A stretch of DNA of 63,570 nucleotides, counting the filler, from Lenisia limosa (taxonomy: Eukaryota > Protista > Breviatea), in the NCBI GenBank assembly GCA_001655205.1. It is 11 parts of 11 records of this genome, joined end to end, with 100 filler letters (N's around TTAATTAATTAA, not from the genome) between each part and the next. Parts side by side here need not be neighbours in the genome. Positions count along the whole stretch, not along the records: positions 59,989 to 62,322 come from LPNZ01001965.1; positions 62,423 to 63,570 come from LPNZ01006122.1; 9 more parts are not named here. The stretch is one strand, 5' to 3'. Shown in pieces: positions 61,801-63,570 of this stretch (positions are counted from its first letter, which is position 1; every line of letters starts with the position of its first letter). The notes beneath the pieces were generated by a model that saw only the letters and a program-made list of their open reading frames with translations, did not search any database and was not told the origin of the DNA. Both the position numbers and the translations under genes were made by a program.

Positions 61801-63498
61801 TTCACATGGTGTGAAATTTTCCACGTACCTCATATCCCCTTGTTTGATAATTGACCGACAAGTCTCAATGATGCTCTGATACACTCGGGATGAACCCTCG
61901 TGTTATCTTCGTCATCGTGGATAAGTTAACAATTATTCCAATAATATGATGGCATTGTTCTAGGGAGTGCCACTCTCTTTCCCCCCAAATTACCCTATAT
62001 TTCGACCTCATACAATCGACATATTGTGTTTTTAAAAACAAAAACATCACCGCCCCTTTCCACAACTAACACCCTCACAGGATTGCCTGGCCACCAAAAA
62101 CTCCCGCATCAGTATTTATTACAATTTCGAATGTTTGTGGCATGCCTCTCATTAGATGTTTCATTAATGAAAACCATTTCTACATAATATTAGTAGATCA
62201 CATTATATTCATGTTTTTTGTGTTTATTATAATCATAATTATGTGTGTTATATATATCTATACTATATATATCATATACTATGTAGTATATAGCTATATC
62301 ATATGATATTTGTGATAAACAANNNNNNNNNNNNNNNNNNNNNNNNNNNNNNNNNNNNNNNNNNNNTTAATTAATTAANNNNNNNNNNNNNNNNNNNNNN
62401 NNNNNNNNNNNNNNNNNNNNNNATCCCCCCCGCCACCCTCCCACATTTCTACCCAAGGTGGAAACCCTTGCCCCAGGTCGTTGCTGCGGAATCAGAAAAA
62501 TAACATCATGCAAATGTGATAAAATTGTTCAAAAGGCCGAAGCCGATTACTACACAGTCACAGAAGTTTTTCACCTGGAATCCGGGGGAAGAAGCGTGTG
62601 CCGTGGCAATGGCTTCGGAAATGGTATGTGAGCCGCCCCTTGTTCTCGAGGACACTTCAGCTAATCCCTCCACCCAAATTTGGTACCTATTGGGAGTAAA
62701 ACGAAGGAAATTTCGATGAAGAATATTAAAAGATACTACTAATAACGAAATAGAAACTCTCAACAAAAAACTAAAAAAGGTTCAAGTATATGATGATCAT
62801 AAAACCAGGAAAATGACCGATGGGGGTATGATATGAGTTTCACTTAAATTCGACAATTCAATGAAATGAGATCCTATTCACTGACCTCAGGCTTGGGTCG
62901 AACACTACCACAGGGCAGCATAAATTCGGCAGAGTAGCCGCAAGAGCTAATGACTCTTCTGACGCTCCCGGGATTTCTGTCAACTCAGCAGCAACCTGAA
63001 AAGGAAGGTTAGAAGCTTCCAAAAGGAAAGTAATTCGTGGAAAAAAGCAGGCAGTTGAACCGAAATGAAAATTGATTATGTCAGGTTTGAATGTTTGGAG
63101 TAAAGTTTTGGATTTGGGACTACGTTAAGAGCCCCCCCCCCCTCCAAGTTATTCANNNNNNNNNNNNNNNNNNNNNNNNNNNNNNNNNNNNNNNNNNNNN
63201 NNNNNNNNNNNNNNNNNNNNNNNNNNNNNNNNNNNNNNNNNNNNNNNNNNNNNNNNTGAAGGAAAGAAGGACAAACAGCATTGTTGGCGTATTCGAAACT
63301 GGGGGGGGGGGTGAATTTCTCGATACATCTTTGGAAACTATCGATATTTTACTGGTTTTTTCGAACCAAAGTGAAACCCCAAAACAAAACACACACACAG
63401 AAACACTACAAAAAAAGCAAGACCCGTACCCTCTTTTTGTGGGGGAGAACCGCTTCTTTGTCCTGGGGGCTGAGGAGGGGCGAGCACTACGATGGGTG
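55877..63498 (+). CDS. Large surface/secreted protein with CARDB-like and cadherin-like (VNDAP-type) Ig-fold repeats, followed by a Cys-containing region (partial at both ends; crosses linkers at 59933 and 62367)
   Basis: CARDB-like: AANIGAFQ...FFGN...IGECSIPLLLPGE...IWAYADRVDSVAECEDIENNKA and FQVKNKGDVPSG...LYSGHP...LPYIQPG. Cadherin-like: NLPPTI...MDEDT..DFDIHVEDD, IVEPVDDDPRI, KLVYTPDEHYN, VVVTAVNDAPSI. Includes a single 1799-bp exon (57137-58935; ORF 57200-58948). Confidence 0.75.
60458..60580 (+). repeat. Dispersed non-palindromic repeat family D (>=120 bp) with a GGC-TTCG-GCC hairpin, representative copy
   Basis: CTGGGGAGGCA..GAAAGCTGTG..CAGAGTTGTAAGGCAAATGATTGGGTGAATTAATAT...ATAAGCGTGA..TGGACGGCTTCGGCCAGATA. 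Other copies lie at 3030-3100 (-), 3800-3943 (-), 7716-7850 (+), 19725-19748 (-), 40107-40208 (-), 46095-46112 (-) and 56025-56140 (+). Confidence 0.85.
60923..61017. mobile_element. MITE family A copy (opposite internal orientation), intronic
   Basis: TA|GGGCTTCATTTCAGTTC...GAACCAAAGTGAAGCCC|TA, inserted in an intron of the adhesin gene. Confidence 0.88.
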
Positions 63499-63570
63499 AG
63501 CTGACTTATATATGATGCAAATAATGGGAAAAAAAAAAATCAAGGTTGACTATATCGATATGTATACTAT

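Larger units (their letters stand above)
1822..62422. other. Ten artificial contig linkers, N44-TTAATTAATTAA-N44
   Basis: An identical six-frame-stop 12-mer is centred in 100-bp N blocks at 1866, 9093, 13903, 16256, 18126, 43738, 53410, 55697, 59933 and 62367. Confidence 0.97.

Noticed and set aside
1866-62378. Perfectly repeated TTAATTAATTAA inside N blocks as a biological motif
   Set aside because: It always sits at the centre of a 100-bp N44-12-N44 block and has stops in all six frames, so it is an assembly linker. Genes such as the exportin-like, CEP57-like and FAM184-like ones end abruptly at these blocks, so cross-linker adjacency is not evidence.
1-63570. Autonomous transposase, retroelement, viral genes, rRNA or tRNA
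   Set aside because: No DDE, RT, capsid or structured-RNA signature was recognised in the called bases. About 12% of the window is N and could hide short features.

Overview
Fragmented, intron-dense eukaryotic genomic scaffold, probably from a flagellated protist (it has CEP57- and FAM184-like genes, and the standard genetic code fits). It is not prokaryotic or viral. The window has many N gaps, mostly next to G/C homopolymers, and ten artificial N44-TTAATTAATTAA-N44 contig linkers, so adjacency across linkers is unproven. Exons were reconstructed by hand from GT-AG boundaries. They give an exportin/importin-beta N-terminus, a PSI-like Cys-rich surface protein, a LIM plus DUF4062-NACHT (STAND) locus, a GNAT acetyltransferase and a bacterial-type SAM methyltransferase with 7 introns. 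Further genes encode an STB6-like protein, a multi-pass membrane protein, CEP57-like and FAM184-like coiled coils, and a large CARDB/cadherin-like adhesin. Introns are saturated with short repeats: three TA-flanked palindromic MITE families (A, B, C) and two non-palindromic families (D, E). The most unusual signal is that nearly all D and E copies lie in the sense orientation of the predicted host gene. Family E repeatedly forms the 3' end of the intron (pyrimidine tract plus AG), which suggests an introner-like or acceptor-donating element. All family assignments are by eye from sequence motifs; no database search was run.
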